DNA of 64,000 nucleotides from a virus (IMGVR_UViG_3300015608_002119:32001-96000); one strand, 5' to 3'. Shown: positions 10,101 to 19,274, counted from the first letter of the stretch. The notes: a model not told the origin generated them from the letters alone. Numbers and translations: made by a program.

Positions 10101-10483
10101 CGCCAGAGATATTCTACGACGATGACAAAAATCCGATCTTAAAGTCGTTCAAGTCGACAGCTGGGCGTGGGCTCGCTGGCGTCGTAACGTCTTTCAAGGT
10201 TGATTATAGCGAGGCAAAGGGAAACTGGGGAACCGACGCAAGTCGTCTAAACAGGGCGCCTATGTTTATGACAGTCCAAGTCGGGCTGGCGGTGATTCAT
10301 GATGCACCGCTCGGTCTTGACGCTAACGGCATGATGCTAGCACCAATTTGGCCCGTGGGCCACTATGCGAACTTCTATGCGCCAACCGGTCGGGACGTAC
10401 GCGAACAGTCACCAAACTATCGCGGCAGCTTGCTATCCAGGTTTGATCCAGAAGTCAATCCATACTTCAATCGGAAGAGGTAG
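7115..10483 (+). CDS. tail tube initiator / baseplate-tube junction protein
   Basis: Tube-like domain YMPFYFQDLRTNEMISFHAFLE..SEDF...Y....GYGRIDKVQIYKGTTRTVNVSF, plus PVVRMRLGDL. Follows the tape measure gene. Confidence 0.7.
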   Translation: MSRPSPVVNPALLTDPGDSSSGRRLTIYFQKGPDVPVAPEVNAGVDVADAIKAAYVDYTATQAVAANTAIPIVAGDDRQPVYVSAEPDLNTSGLTSEAVNAALAPATMFNPRRFQLVGVGSGDRVNFGSSKNELGVNDPVKNQKLQNITNYVRNVELRQDSAHSKIVDSEKLESSGYNDANKYLRSSDTTGPADQVGRTLRLGSVFYNKLGAYVSSSYTGQPILDGSTVKAANLTVTDLENIAINMMFDAVQGDAGLDFKYTGTSSDDIEAEARMAIPSPQRLGKKVPMGRFSAAREIKKLYGIEKRSESNIIDSSDYLESHGSFYNQFSQFDSLIPLGQIAVSVAMVLGFNALLSSIGAIIRAASSNNPEVITSFNELSVDERRSLLGVVSVSKAAFPTSEVGGLDILTQTLGITSLFSPTLHDSDSCLLVGIEEFFGFSFGTGLSGRATPPSQQAARGSLKVLTESGRLNVILREILRSGISIVESAQADFTGGASLAGISNLVRRIKSTKMLKFVDLLMQIGDRIKMEDDLKTDASLNGNPSFNVSASSNVSYVDSLPDQRAFYAAKSRLSDGRMAWGASTATSMLLPVDSLLMSGLSESMGGARMGYPLPSRAQDPGFLTSNQRSAAIRNGRLDAESVAKFERELEQDYMPFYFQDLRTNEMISFHAFLEDASEDFNVDYNSTDGYGRIDKVQIYKGTTRTVNVSFKMVATNEDDMAAMWYKLNRLAMLIYPQWTGGREVNVGDIKFTQPYSQIPGATPVVRMRLGDLFKSNYSKMAVARLFGISTRPDYNVTSRQPNQPRTAGAQTENTSQPASQGNSGQNTLAFRVAALQDPQVQFTSNQSNSSAEPRTINPTDVFTGPDPRVYLNIRPIASQLRRFRAGPSRRQITANNSSARILARFVDVSATSNKANFQLISLVTPGPNGNQRSEVITGPSGAEPTISLSLSAGFRGMIDVSKTVSEMQRSDTSAQSESQRTSNDTADGTVGIGALTPEIFYDDDKNPILKSFKSTAGRGLAGVVTSFKVDYSEAKGNWGTDASRLNRAPMFMTVQVGLAVIHDAPLGLDANGMMLAPIWPVGHYANFYAPTGRDVREQSPNYRGSLLSRFDPEVNPYFNRKR

Positions 10484-10492
10484 TTGTCGACA

Positions 10493-10789
10493 ATGAGCGC
10501 AGTAAGCAGATATACGGTTACTCCTAGAATTGCGTTCGGCAAGCAGTACGGCACCAGCAGCACCATCGCCAACATTCGCAGCGCCATCAAGGAAGGCAAA
10601 ATACAAACCACCACGATCTTTCTGAAAGAGGCGATAAGGCTTGACGTGTTGGCCGGTCAGTATTACAACGATGGTCGCTATGGGTGGCTGATTGCTGCGG
10701 CATCTGAGATAGGCTGGATGCCACAAACGCCGCCAAACACAAGAATTGTGATCCCAGACCTGGAGCAGTCACTGAGGTATCTCGGCTGA
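10493..10789 (+). CDS. gp53/P2 gpX-like LysM-type baseplate wedge protein
   Basis: RLDVLAGQYYNDGRYGWLIAAAS.I......P....IVIP pattern. Confidence 0.8.
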   Translation: MSAVSRYTVTPRIAFGKQYGTSSTIANIRSAIKEGKIQTTTIFLKEAIRLDVLAGQYYNDGRYGWLIAAASEIGWMPQTPPNTRIVIPDLEQSLRYLG

Positions 10790-10796
10790 AATCCTC

Positions 10797-13700
10797 ATGC
10801 TAAGCATCGACAGCAAGCTAACACGCGAACAAAAGTCAGCTCGACTTGGCAGGATCAAGTCCGACTTGGCAAGGTATTTTGGGTTCGCAACACCCGAAAA
10901 CATCGCAGAGGCGTTGGCTTTTGCACAGGCCGTAGGCCAAACGGAGGCAGCCCAAGTACCGCTGACACCGACTACTGCCAACGGCCCTCAAGTTGTTAGG
11001 AGCCGTCTTGGTATACGCGCAGACCCAGAGCTGCAAGATGTGTTTGAGCTGCTGCTGGACTCCGGCGAAGGTTCTCGATTTGCGATTACTGGAGCTGGGT
11101 CGATTTTAGAGCTCTTGGCAGCCAAGGTACGCGATGCTCGCGGTGACCGGAACAAGCTCATAAAGCTGGCAAGGTGTGCCAAGCTGCACTACTGCAACAC
11201 AGTCAGGACCCCGGTGGCGGCATCGGTGGCCGACAGCAGCGCCGCGTTGGGTACGAGAGTCCTGTACGATAACCTGGGAGTGATTGGGTTTGGGAACAGC
11301 GCCGATGAACAAGCGGCCAAGCAGCGGCTGAGCGTGTTTCGGGTAGAACACCCAATGATCGTACCGGGAAACAAGAACGCCGAGCTTTTGACGGTGTTCT
11401 TCAACGCGTTTCCGGCGATTGAACTCACCAGAGCAATACCGGTCCTGAACCTCAAGGTTTACTCGTCACGGCAGGTGTTCCAGAACGGCAAGCTCGGCGC
11501 AATATCGCTGCAAAAGTTCCTTGAGGGCGCCAGGACAGTCTCCCCAGATAATGCTACCGACATGCCAGTGCGCGCAATCGGGTTAGCAAACCAAGTCACA
11601 GCATCCCTGTTCGGTCAAACCGACCAGGAGTTTAGCAGCTACTCACTGACAGGATTAGAGCTGTTCACTGCGCCACAGACGCTCGTTAACCCATCTGCTA
11701 ACAAACAACAAGGAAACTACCTTGCCCCAGTAATTGATCCGTTCAGGCCACTTGCCTCAATCAAGAACTTCGATGTTGAGGTTCGTAGTGCTGTTGGTCT
11801 TATATCAACCAAGACCGCCAAGTTGGAAATGACCCTGCATGACCGCAGCAGACTTGGGGAGTTCGCTGACTTTGTCAAGCCTGATCGGTATGGCAGCTCG
11901 TTTGTTGAAGTAGAGTATGGATGGTCACACCCAGATGGCTTGGATGTTGGCAACCCATATGCTGACCTGCTAAATCTTACGCGTGTCAAGGAGCAATATA
12001 ACATCGTCAACTCGTCCTTCAACTTTGATGAGGTTGGTCAAGTAAACATCACCCTGAACTTGGCTACTCGCGGATCATCCGAGATGACAGAGTTGTCTAT
12101 TACGGGGAACCAGCCGCAGGTTAGAGAATATATTCGTGCCGTCGAGAGACTGAGCCGTGAGATCAACGCGTTGTCCGATCAGGTGTTTGGGACACGGCAG
12201 AGATCAGGCAACAACACCAGTAGTGAATCAAACTCAAACAGCTCGCACCGCAGAGAGATTCGTGGGCAACAAATGCTAACAGCGGCCGGTGATGCAACCA
12301 GCTACCTGATACTGACGCCTGAACTGTTTACGTCATTGGCTCAACTAAGGCGAACGTTAACTCAACGCATCAGCGGCGACAGTTCTCCGGCCGTTAGAAG
12401 ACAGGCGCAGCAGCTTAAGGCACGACTAGATGAGCTTGTAGGCACAAGCAGCAACTCCGTGTCGCCAAACTCCAGAATCGGTATTATTCAAAGCACAATT
12501 AACAACGACGTTAGCACGGCGATATCGATGATCAACCGAGACACGGATGGCCAGCCGTCGTCCGACCCGCTTGCAAGAGACATCTTCTTGCGCGAAATGC
12601 CATCTGTTCCACGTTCGATGCTGTTGGAGGCCAATGGAACACTAAAGCGTCGACAAAGCGGTATACGAAGAGACGCCAGCACAGCAAACGGCCAAGTTGT
12701 TGCCACACCAGCACAGACACGCTCGGCTTCTGGGAGAGTCTCCAGTAGAGGAATAGTATCAGATGGGTCTGTGATATCACTAGGGTCGCTTATCATGGCG
12801 TTGGTTGCGAAGCCGCTTGCTAAAGTGAAAAACGCGGACGGGTTCAAGTTTGATGAGGTGCAAACGTACTTCTACAACTTCAATACCAAAGCTGGCCCGA
12901 TGAGCCATTGCAACATTAGCCAGTTTCCAGTTTACACGGACTTCTTTGCGCGTGAATACTCTCGGCTCAGGCTTGAAAACTCTAGCCGCACTGTCGACTT
13001 GTCAGTAACCGAGTTCGTCTCGTTTATTGCCAGCAGGATGATAGATGACCCAATGAATCCAGCCTATGGAATCAATGGCCTGTACCGGCCATCGACGACT
13101 TCTGATGAGCTGGTGGCGAGAACAAACGGCGACGAGTTCAACAGGAACATGCAGCGTATTATGCGCGCAGCCAACATCGGCCAGTCACCCGACTTTGTGA
13201 TGCCGCAAATCACCCTGGACATCGAGGCCGTCCCACATGCGACCGACGAGACCAAGTCTATTCTGAAGTTGCACATATACGACAAGGCATGCTCGCCAAA
13301 CAACACATTGCGTGAGCTGCTATCACTATCGACCGACAATCTCCTGTCAAACCTGTCTGCATACCCAGGAGATGACCAGTCACGGATAGCACAAGAGGAA
13401 CAGAACAGGGCCGCAGGAGCTACTGGCGTGCCTCGTCATGTCCTGCGTGACAACTGGCGAGAGATACACGCCGCAATAACAGAACACGCTCGCGCCACCG
13501 GGTTGATAGAGGCCGTACAAGGAACCAATGGCTCTCAGTATCGATTTGTTGGCGGTCCAAAGCGGCTCAAAGAACTTGTCATGCAGTATGTGCCGCACAT
13601 CATCTACGGGTGTATGGGATCGACTGTCAAGGCAGCAAACCTGTCGACAATGCAAAACGCGTTGCTTGCCACAATAAACATGCAAAGGAGCCTGAACGGC

Positions 13701-14033
13701 GATCCGGTTGATGCAAACGGCGAGCAGCCCGGTGGAGTTCCGCTGAGCGTGTACCCGGTCGAGCTGTCAGTCACCGCACTCGGTTGTCCGTTTGTCCGAT
13801 ATAGCCAAGAACTGTTCATGGACTTCAACACCAACACGACCGCTGACAACATCTATTACGTCACGGGCCTTAGTCATAAGATTGAGCCTGGAACATTTGA
13901 GACAACAGTCAAGCTCACCGCCACGGACGCGTTCGGCCAATACAGAAACTTGATAGGCCAACTTAACAATGCACAAACAACTCTAAATGCAATTGTTAGT
14001 TCAAACACCAATAACAGAAATCAACAAAACTAA
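10797..14033 (+). CDS. baseplate hub protein (gp27/P2 gpD-like)
   Basis: VEYGWSHP motif. C-terminal LSVTALGCPF.RYSQELFMDF.TNTTADNIYYVTGLSHKIEPGTFETTVKL. Follows the LysM-type gene. Confidence 0.7.
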   Translation: MLSIDSKLTREQKSARLGRIKSDLARYFGFATPENIAEALAFAQAVGQTEAAQVPLTPTTANGPQVVRSRLGIRADPELQDVFELLLDSGEGSRFAITGAGSILELLAAKVRDARGDRNKLIKLARCAKLHYCNTVRTPVAASVADSSAALGTRVLYDNLGVIGFGNSADEQAAKQRLSVFRVEHPMIVPGNKNAELLTVFFNAFPAIELTRAIPVLNLKVYSSRQVFQNGKLGAISLQKFLEGARTVSPDNATDMPVRAIGLANQVTASLFGQTDQEFSSYSLTGLELFTAPQTLVNPSANKQQGNYLAPVIDPFRPLASIKNFDVEVRSAVGLISTKTAKLEMTLHDRSRLGEFADFVKPDRYGSSFVEVEYGWSHPDGLDVGNPYADLLNLTRVKEQYNIVNSSFNFDEVGQVNITLNLATRGSSEMTELSITGNQPQVREYIRAVERLSREINALSDQVFGTRQRSGNNTSSESNSNSSHRREIRGQQMLTAAGDATSYLILTPELFTSLAQLRRTLTQRISGDSSPAVRRQAQQLKARLDELVGTSSNSVSPNSRIGIIQSTINNDVSTAISMINRDTDGQPSSDPLARDIFLREMPSVPRSMLLEANGTLKRRQSGIRRDASTANGQVVATPAQTRSASGRVSSRGIVSDGSVISLGSLIMALVAKPLAKVKNADGFKFDEVQTYFYNFNTKAGPMSHCNISQFPVYTDFFAREYSRLRLENSSRTVDLSVTEFVSFIASRMIDDPMNPAYGINGLYRPSTTSDELVARTNGDEFNRNMQRIMRAANIGQSPDFVMPQITLDIEAVPHATDETKSILKLHIYDKACSPNNTLRELLSLSTDNLLSNLSAYPGDDQSRIAQEEQNRAAGATGVPRHVLRDNWREIHAAITEHARATGLIEAVQGTNGSQYRFVGGPKRLKELVMQYVPHIIYGCMGSTVKAANLSTMQNALLATINMQRSLNGDPVDANGEQPGGVPLSVYPVELSVTALGCPFVRYSQELFMDFNTNTTADNIYYVTGLSHKIEPGTFETTVKLTATDAFGQYRNLIGQLNNAQTTLNAIVSSNTNNRNQQN

Positions 14034-14091
14034 GCCAGACCAACCTGTTCACTTGTCATTGTCGTGCCCCCCGTGCTCAGATTAAGTCACG

Positions 14092-15288
14092 ATGGTCAAC
14101 GACAATGACACCATACGGAAGCTCTACCTCCTACCCGACCCGCCAGCACCCCCTAGATCGTTCCAGAATGCTTTTAAGTCGATCCGGACGGACTTGGTGG
14201 GCTCTCGGGTGCCTTGGCAATTTGCGCTCCCGTATAAGGCGTATAGGAGCTTCTGTGAGGAACAGGAGAAATACCAGACCAATTTCTTGTCCAAGCTCGA
14301 CCTGTCCTACTATCAGAACGTGTACTTGCCGACCGAGGAGCTGTTCTCGTTTCTCAGACCGGCAAGAATAACGAGTGATATGGGCTTGTTCGAGAGGCTG
14401 GCCGAGGAAGACACGGCTGGCCATGTGCTTACGTTCCGCCCAGGGCCAGACGGGTTTACTCGGCACGTGCCGGACTATTCGCGCATCAAGTCTGTAACGG
14501 GCCGACTTACTACGAGCTCGACCGGTCCAAGGATCCTTAATCTACAGAAAGACCATAGAAAGATTCTGGTGTCTCGTTTTCACCAAGATACCGGTTTGGT
14601 GGTCGCTTTGGACTTTAAGTCATTGGAACCAAAGGTACTTTTACATGCTACGGACCAGCTAGTGGAACATAACCAAGAAGAGAGAGGGGAGGGGGAAGAA
14701 AACATCGACATATACCAGTCGTTGCTTGATAGAGTGCTAGAGAACAGGCCAGACTTGCAAACACTGCTCGGTCGAGACAACATGAAGCAGCTCGTTGTGT
14801 CGGAACTTTATGGGGCTGGACTGGCACGTCTCCAGGCGATGTTGCCTAAATCCTTGCCGCCGCGTGACGTTGGTTGGTTGGCTGCGCTGGTAAAGGAGTA
14901 TTTTCGTTCAGATTTGCTGTTGGAGCGTCTGACAAAGGAGTGGGTTAACAACGATTGCAAGTATATTCTGAACGGGTACGGCAGACCGGTGGCCACAGTC
15001 TCCAACAACTTGTTGATCAACCATTATGTTCAAAGCACCGCTGTTGATATTGCAATGATTGGTTTCCTATCAATGGTTAAATACCTTGAGGCAATCGACG
15101 CTTTGGACCGCGTTGTCCCGATTTATCTTGTACACGATGCGATAGTCTTTGATGTCCGAGCCGATTCCTTGCCTTTGGTTTATTCACTGGCTAAGATCGG
15201 CGTTAGCGACATTCCGTCGTTCGCAGGCTCGTCCAAACCTATCACCTCACTGGCACTTAAAGTCGACAGGCTGTTTGCTGGGCCGTAA
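14092..15288 (+). CDS. family A DNA polymerase, polymerase domain only
   Basis: TGRLT, motif A (LDFKSLEPKVL), motif B (R..MK......LYG), NHYVQSTAVD, motif C (VHDAIVFD). Only 398 aa. Confidence 0.85.
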   Translation: MVNDNDTIRKLYLLPDPPAPPRSFQNAFKSIRTDLVGSRVPWQFALPYKAYRSFCEEQEKYQTNFLSKLDLSYYQNVYLPTEELFSFLRPARITSDMGLFERLAEEDTAGHVLTFRPGPDGFTRHVPDYSRIKSVTGRLTTSSTGPRILNLQKDHRKILVSRFHQDTGLVVALDFKSLEPKVLLHATDQLVEHNQEERGEGEENIDIYQSLLDRVLENRPDLQTLLGRDNMKQLVVSELYGAGLARLQAMLPKSLPPRDVGWLAALVKEYFRSDLLLERLTKEWVNNDCKYILNGYGRPVATVSNNLLINHYVQSTAVDIAMIGFLSMVKYLEAIDALDRVVPIYLVHDAIVFDVRADSLPLVYSLAKIGVSDIPSFAGSSKPITSLALKVDRLFAGP

Positions 15289-15319
15289 CAAACAATCACC
15301 GAGAAACAAACAACACACC

Positions 15320-15946
15320 ATGGCACTTTCAGAAGAACAGATCATTCTCAAGAACTTCGAGCAGTTCCGGGCACAGGCAGCCAAGCTAAGCGCCGACAAG
15401 CGCGGCAAGCTGATGGACTTCATCGACGCGGAAGCACAACGAATCATGCTCGCGCCAGCATCCACACGAATCGAATATACGTGTGCATATCCCGGAGGGC
15501 TTGTCGAACACTCGCTGCGTGTACTTCAAAACATGGCCAAGTTGGTTCGCGCATACGGCGTTGACGGACGCATCAGCGTGGAGTCGATCCTCACGTGCGC
15601 TCTACTACATGACATTGGCAAGGTAGGGACTATAGGCAGCAAACCCAAAGACTTCTACGTCCAGAATGATTCCCAGTGGCATCGTGAAAAACTGGGTGTG
15701 ATGTACAACATCAATGAGAAGTTTGGTCATATCCCATCGTCACAAATGTCACTCCACCTACTAGCTTCTATTGGTGTTAAGCTAGACATCGACGAGTGGT
15801 ACGCGATCTCTACGATAGGCTACGATAAAGGTCGGCCTGATCTTGGTACAGCGGGCGAACCGTGGGAAGCTGTCATTCTCCAACAGGCAGTTCGGGCCGC
15901 GTGCATGTTTGGCAGTGGTCGCACCGCAGCTTCCCAGATCGCTTGA
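15320..15946 (+). CDS. HD-domain phosphohydrolase-like protein
   Basis: APAS...AYPGGLVEHSLRV and LLHDIGK. The real start is probably ATG15320 after a C/A-rich leader. Confidence 0.8.
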   Translation: MALSEEQIILKNFEQFRAQAAKLSADKRGKLMDFIDAEAQRIMLAPASTRIEYTCAYPGGLVEHSLRVLQNMAKLVRAYGVDGRISVESILTCALLHDIGKVGTIGSKPKDFYVQNDSQWHREKLGVMYNINEKFGHIPSSQMSLHLLASIGVKLDIDEWYAISTIGYDKGRPDLGTAGEPWEAVILQQAVRAACMFGSGRTAASQIA

Positions 15947-15976
15947 CACCGGAAATAAGGCGCAGTAACCTATTTA
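15943..15976 (+). promoter_or_regulatory. sigma70-type promoter (TTGACA-17-TAACCT) overlapping a late-type TATTTA, upstream of SSB
   Basis: Consensus -35 with a 17-nt spacer. TATTTA at 15971-15976. Confidence 0.6.
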
Positions 15977-16088
15977 TATCTCAAGCGAGCGAGTGACCAC
16001 CGCCGCTTGAAATGCCGTCTACAGCAGCTATAGCTCAACATAACACGGCCAATCACAACAACACAGGTCAAAGGTAAATCACATCATC

Positions 16089-16928
16089 ATGCCAACGTAT
16101 CTCGACGCAATCAAAGCAGCACTCGCAAACAAGTCCGATAAGGGAACAAACAACAACAGTGCCAATGGCACGAAGCTCGCGTACTGGAAGCCGACGCTCG
16201 GCGAGCACGACGTACGGTTTCTTCCACTGAAGACACAGACCGGCGAACCTTTCCTGGAAGTCCTTTACTATGAGGGACTTTCTGAGCGTCGCACCCCGGC
16301 ACCGTACGGGTTCGGCCTTGAAGACCCAATCAAGGAGCAGTTTGAGAAGCTGCGCAAGACCAAGGAAGGCTGGGCGGTTGCCAAGTTCCTCCAGCCCAGG
16401 AAGCGCTTCTATGGCATCGTTATTGTCCGTGGCGACGAGAACAAAGGCCCGCAAGTCTGGGAGTTCGCACAGTCAGTCCGAGACGACATCTACAAGACTC
16501 TTTGTCACAAAGACAACGTCGATGAGGACATGCTCTCGTTCGACGGCGGCTACGACTTCACGTGCTCGGTGACCCCGACAATCGATGAAAAGTCTGGCAA
16601 GGTCAAGATGTACAAGGGCAATGCCTGCAAGACCATCGACCTCAAGGCGCGGAAGAAGCCGACTCCTCTGTCTAAGAACAAGGCAGACGCAGACAAGTGG
16701 ATCGCGGCAATCCCCAACCTTGCCGAGATGTTCAAGCAGCAATGCAAGGAACCAGCCGAGCTCGTTGACATGCTGGAGAACTTCGTTGAGCGGCTGGCCA
16801 GTGGCGGGTCCACAACCGACGACAGCGAGGCTGGCACAGACCATACTGCAAGCCGGTCCGGTCCGGACACCAAGACCGCTACCGAGGCCGGTTTGAACGA
16901 CGCGTTCGCTGGCCTGATCAACGGCTGA
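16089..16928 (+). CDS. single-stranded DNA-binding protein, T4 gp32-like
   Basis: YWKPTLGEHDVRFLP, DPI, P.KRFY..VIVRG.E.KG.QVWEF, GYDF, acidic C-terminal tail. Strong codon bias; upstream of recA. Confidence 0.85.
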   Translation: MPTYLDAIKAALANKSDKGTNNNSANGTKLAYWKPTLGEHDVRFLPLKTQTGEPFLEVLYYEGLSERRTPAPYGFGLEDPIKEQFEKLRKTKEGWAVAKFLQPRKRFYGIVIVRGDENKGPQVWEFAQSVRDDIYKTLCHKDNVDEDMLSFDGGYDFTCSVTPTIDEKSGKVKMYKGNACKTIDLKARKKPTPLSKNKADADKWIAAIPNLAEMFKQQCKEPAELVDMLENFVERLASGGSTTDDSEAGTDHTASRSGPDTKTATEAGLNDAFAGLING

Positions 16929-16959
16929 GCAAACACACACCAACACAACCCAAGCAGGC

Positions 16960-17005
16960 GAAAGGGGAAGAACAAGTTTGGCTGTTCTTCCCCTTTCCTT
17001 TTGTT
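16960..17005 (+). terminator. Rho-independent terminator
   Basis: Perfect 15-bp stem GAAAGGGGAAGAACA/TGTTCTTCCCCTTTC with an 8-nt loop, followed by CTTTTGTT. Confidence 0.85.
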
Positions 17006-17029
17006 CATCATCACTAACAAGTCATCGCG

Positions 17030-17170
17030 GTGAAACACCAACCAATCATACCCGAAGAGGTTTGGGTCGTGTTGTGGATCATGCTTGTCGTGTTAGCATT
17101 GACGATAGGCTTGGCCGCAGCCAAGAACGCGCCGCTGATCTTCATCGAAGTTGGAAGACTTGAGGCTTGA
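17030..17170 (+). CDS. small single-pass membrane protein, 46 aa (not in ORF track)
   Basis: GTG start; MKHQPIIPEEVWVVLWIMLVVLALTIGLAAAKNAPLIFIEVGRLEA*. Confidence 0.5.
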   Translation: MKHQPIIPEEVWVVLWIMLVVLALTIGLAAAKNAPLIFIEVGRLEA

Positions 17171-17195
17171 TTGTCGATAAACTGTAGGCTATCAT
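17167..17195 (+). promoter_or_regulatory. sigma70-type promoter of recA (TTGATT-17-TATCAT)
   Basis: Near-consensus hexamers with a 17-nt spacer. Confidence 0.55.
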
Positions 17196-17250
17196 CGCTT
17201 AAGCGACAAAGAGCACACGCTCTCTTATCGCCGGATGACACAACACAGCC

Positions 17251-18564
17251 ATGGCAAAACCACAACAACCACAAGCACAGTCAAAAGCAACAGCAGTAGT
17301 GACCAACAGCAAGCCTCAAGCTGCGGCGACAAAAAAGCCGGTATATACACACGATGATGCGGGGGAAGACGACTTCGTCAAAGACCTGATCAAGCAAACC
17401 AACAAGGAGTCTGGGTCCCGGATTGCGTTCAACCTGTCCGAAGACGATGCGCCAACAAACGTCAAGCGCTGGATCGGGACTGGTTCGCGGCAGCTCGACT
17501 ACATCATTGCCAACAGGCGTGGTGGTGGCCTGCCAGAAGGCAGGATTATAGAAGTCCAAGGGCCTCCAAGCGTTGGTAAAACGCACTTGGCATACGAAAT
17601 GTGCAAGGCCACCCAGCAACTTGGTGGGATTGTCGTATACGTCGATACGGAAAACGCAACGTCCGTTGACAACCTTCACGGGCTTGGAATTGACATTCGA
17701 CGAAGGTTCATGTTTGTCCAAGAAACGTGCATGGAAGAGATCTTCAAGGTTATAGAGAGCACGATCGAGAAGGCTAGAAACCTTAAGTCAGACATTCCGG
17801 TTCTGATCGTTTGGGACTCTATTGCTGCTAGTGCTCCGAAGGCTGAGATCGAAGGTGATTATGACCAGAACACGATCGGTCTTGCAGCAAGGGTGCTTAG
17901 CAAGGGATTCCGAAAGATTACACACGTAATTGGTGATAAAAACATATGTTTGGTGTTGTTAAATCAACAAAGAACTAAAATAGGTGTGATGTACGGAGAC
18001 CCGCTGACGACTTCCGGGGGCATGGCAATCCCGTATCACGCGTCAGTGAGGCTTAAAATAACTGGCGGTCAGCAACTCAAGAAAACCATTAACGGCAAGG
18101 AAGCCGTAATTGGCATCGAGGTGGAAGTGAAGACCATCAAGAACAAGGTCGCCCGACCATGGAGACAGATTGGTTTTGAGATCCACTTCGGCAAAGGCAT
18201 TTACGAGGACGAGCATGTCCTCACAGAGATTGCCCGTTATTGCCGCGAGTCTAAAGATCCAGTGCTAGCTGGTAAAGACAACAGTCGTCGCGTCTCACTT
18301 GAGACCGGCGCATGGAACACGTTCACCATTGCGGATAACAGCACGGGCGAAGTGATCGAGGAAGTGAAGTTCCGCAAATCTGACTTTGGCTCCGAGGTGT
18401 TGCGTAATCCGAAATACTCCGAGTACGTTGACGCGTTGTTTGATGCGTGCTACATCATGCGCTCGGATACACACGCGACCGTCACCGGGGTCGATACTGA
18501 GTCAGCTACCGAGCTTGAAGCCGCCAGACTGGAGGCCGGTGGCAAGCAGCTCTTGAACGACTGA
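17251..18564 (+). CDS. recA: RecA/UvsX recombinase
   Basis: TGSRQLD, GGLPEGRIIEVQGPPSVGKT, YVDTE, VWDSIAA, NQQRTKIGVMYGDP.TTSGG.A.PYHASVRL, KNKVARP. Confidence 0.95.
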   Translation: MAKPQQPQAQSKATAVVTNSKPQAAATKKPVYTHDDAGEDDFVKDLIKQTNKESGSRIAFNLSEDDAPTNVKRWIGTGSRQLDYIIANRRGGGLPEGRIIEVQGPPSVGKTHLAYEMCKATQQLGGIVVYVDTENATSVDNLHGLGIDIRRRFMFVQETCMEEIFKVIESTIEKARNLKSDIPVLIVWDSIAASAPKAEIEGDYDQNTIGLAARVLSKGFRKITHVIGDKNICLVLLNQQRTKIGVMYGDPLTTSGGMAIPYHASVRLKITGGQQLKKTINGKEAVIGIEVEVKTIKNKVARPWRQIGFEIHFGKGIYEDEHVLTEIARYCRESKDPVLAGKDNSRRVSLETGAWNTFTIADNSTGEVIEEVKFRKSDFGSEVLRNPKYSEYVDALFDACYIMRSDTHATVTGVDTESATELEAARLEAGGKQLLND

Positions 18565-18582
18565 CGCGCTCATTATCGTGGC

Positions 18583-18611
18583 TTGACTTTATCTCGCCAT
18601 TGTGGCATCAT
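18583..18611 (+). promoter_or_regulatory. sigma70-type promoter (TTGACT-17-CATCAT, extended TG)
   Basis: Same TTGACT -35 as the other early promoters. Confidence 0.45.
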
Positions 18612-18635
18612 GCACAATACCACAGGGACAATGTC

Positions 18636-19274
18636 ATGAAAACGCCTCCAACAGCCTTAGCACGTGTTAATAAATCACCACAGCCAATTCTTCACACCGG
18701 CCAGGAACAACCGGCTGTCACAATACCAGACCAGCCACACGTAGGGGCCTGGGCACACGATATTCGCGCTTGTTGTCCTTACCCATCCGAGAACGTACGT
18801 GAGCACGTGTTTGTGTATGGAACGCTGAAAAGCGGCTTCCGTAACAATCACGTGTTCATGCGTGACGATTCTGAGCTTATCTCCCATGCTGCATACACAC
18901 TCAACGCGGCCTATGAGCTTGTTGGGATCGGGTCGTCATATGCGGCGATGCTGACCGGCGGTCAATTTCGGATCAAGGGCGAGCTGTACGCGGTCGGCCC
19001 AGAAACAATGGCACGTATCGACCTTTTGGAAGGCAACGGCGTAATGTATACGCGCGTTCGTGTACCGGTGCTTGTTTTGGCGAACGGCCTCGCACAAGAC
19101 CGGACCGTCGACGCATGGGCATATGTCATGGATCGAGAACTTAGTGAAGGTATGTGCAACGACAAACGGTCTGCAACACACATGCCAGATGGCCCATGCG
19201 TGGTCCGCGTAATTGGCTTGACATCCACCCAGGAGTGGGTTAAGCTGTCTGCTGTCTCTGAGCGCTACCACTGA
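18636..19274 (+). CDS. gamma-glutamylcyclotransferase (AIG2/GGCT-like)
   Basis: VFVYGTLKSG..N, IKGELYAV, IDLLEG...Y.R, AWAY. Confidence 0.85.
   Translation: MKTPPTALARVNKSPQPILHTGQEQPAVTIPDQPHVGAWAHDIRACCPYPSENVREHVFVYGTLKSGFRNNHVFMRDDSELISHAAYTLNAAYELVGIGSSYAAMLTGGQFRIKGELYAVGPETMARIDLLEGNGVMYTRVRVPVLVLANGLAQDRTVDAWAYVMDRELSEGMCNDKRSATHMPDGPCVVRVIGLTSTQEWVKLSAVSERYH

Noticed and set aside
14053-14083. Possible promoter TTGTCA...CAGATT before the polymerase
   Set aside because: Spacer and -10 box fit too poorly to call.
15149-15319. N-terminal extension of the HD protein
   Set aside because: Overlaps the polymerase gene. ATG15320 has the C/A-rich leader typical of this genome.
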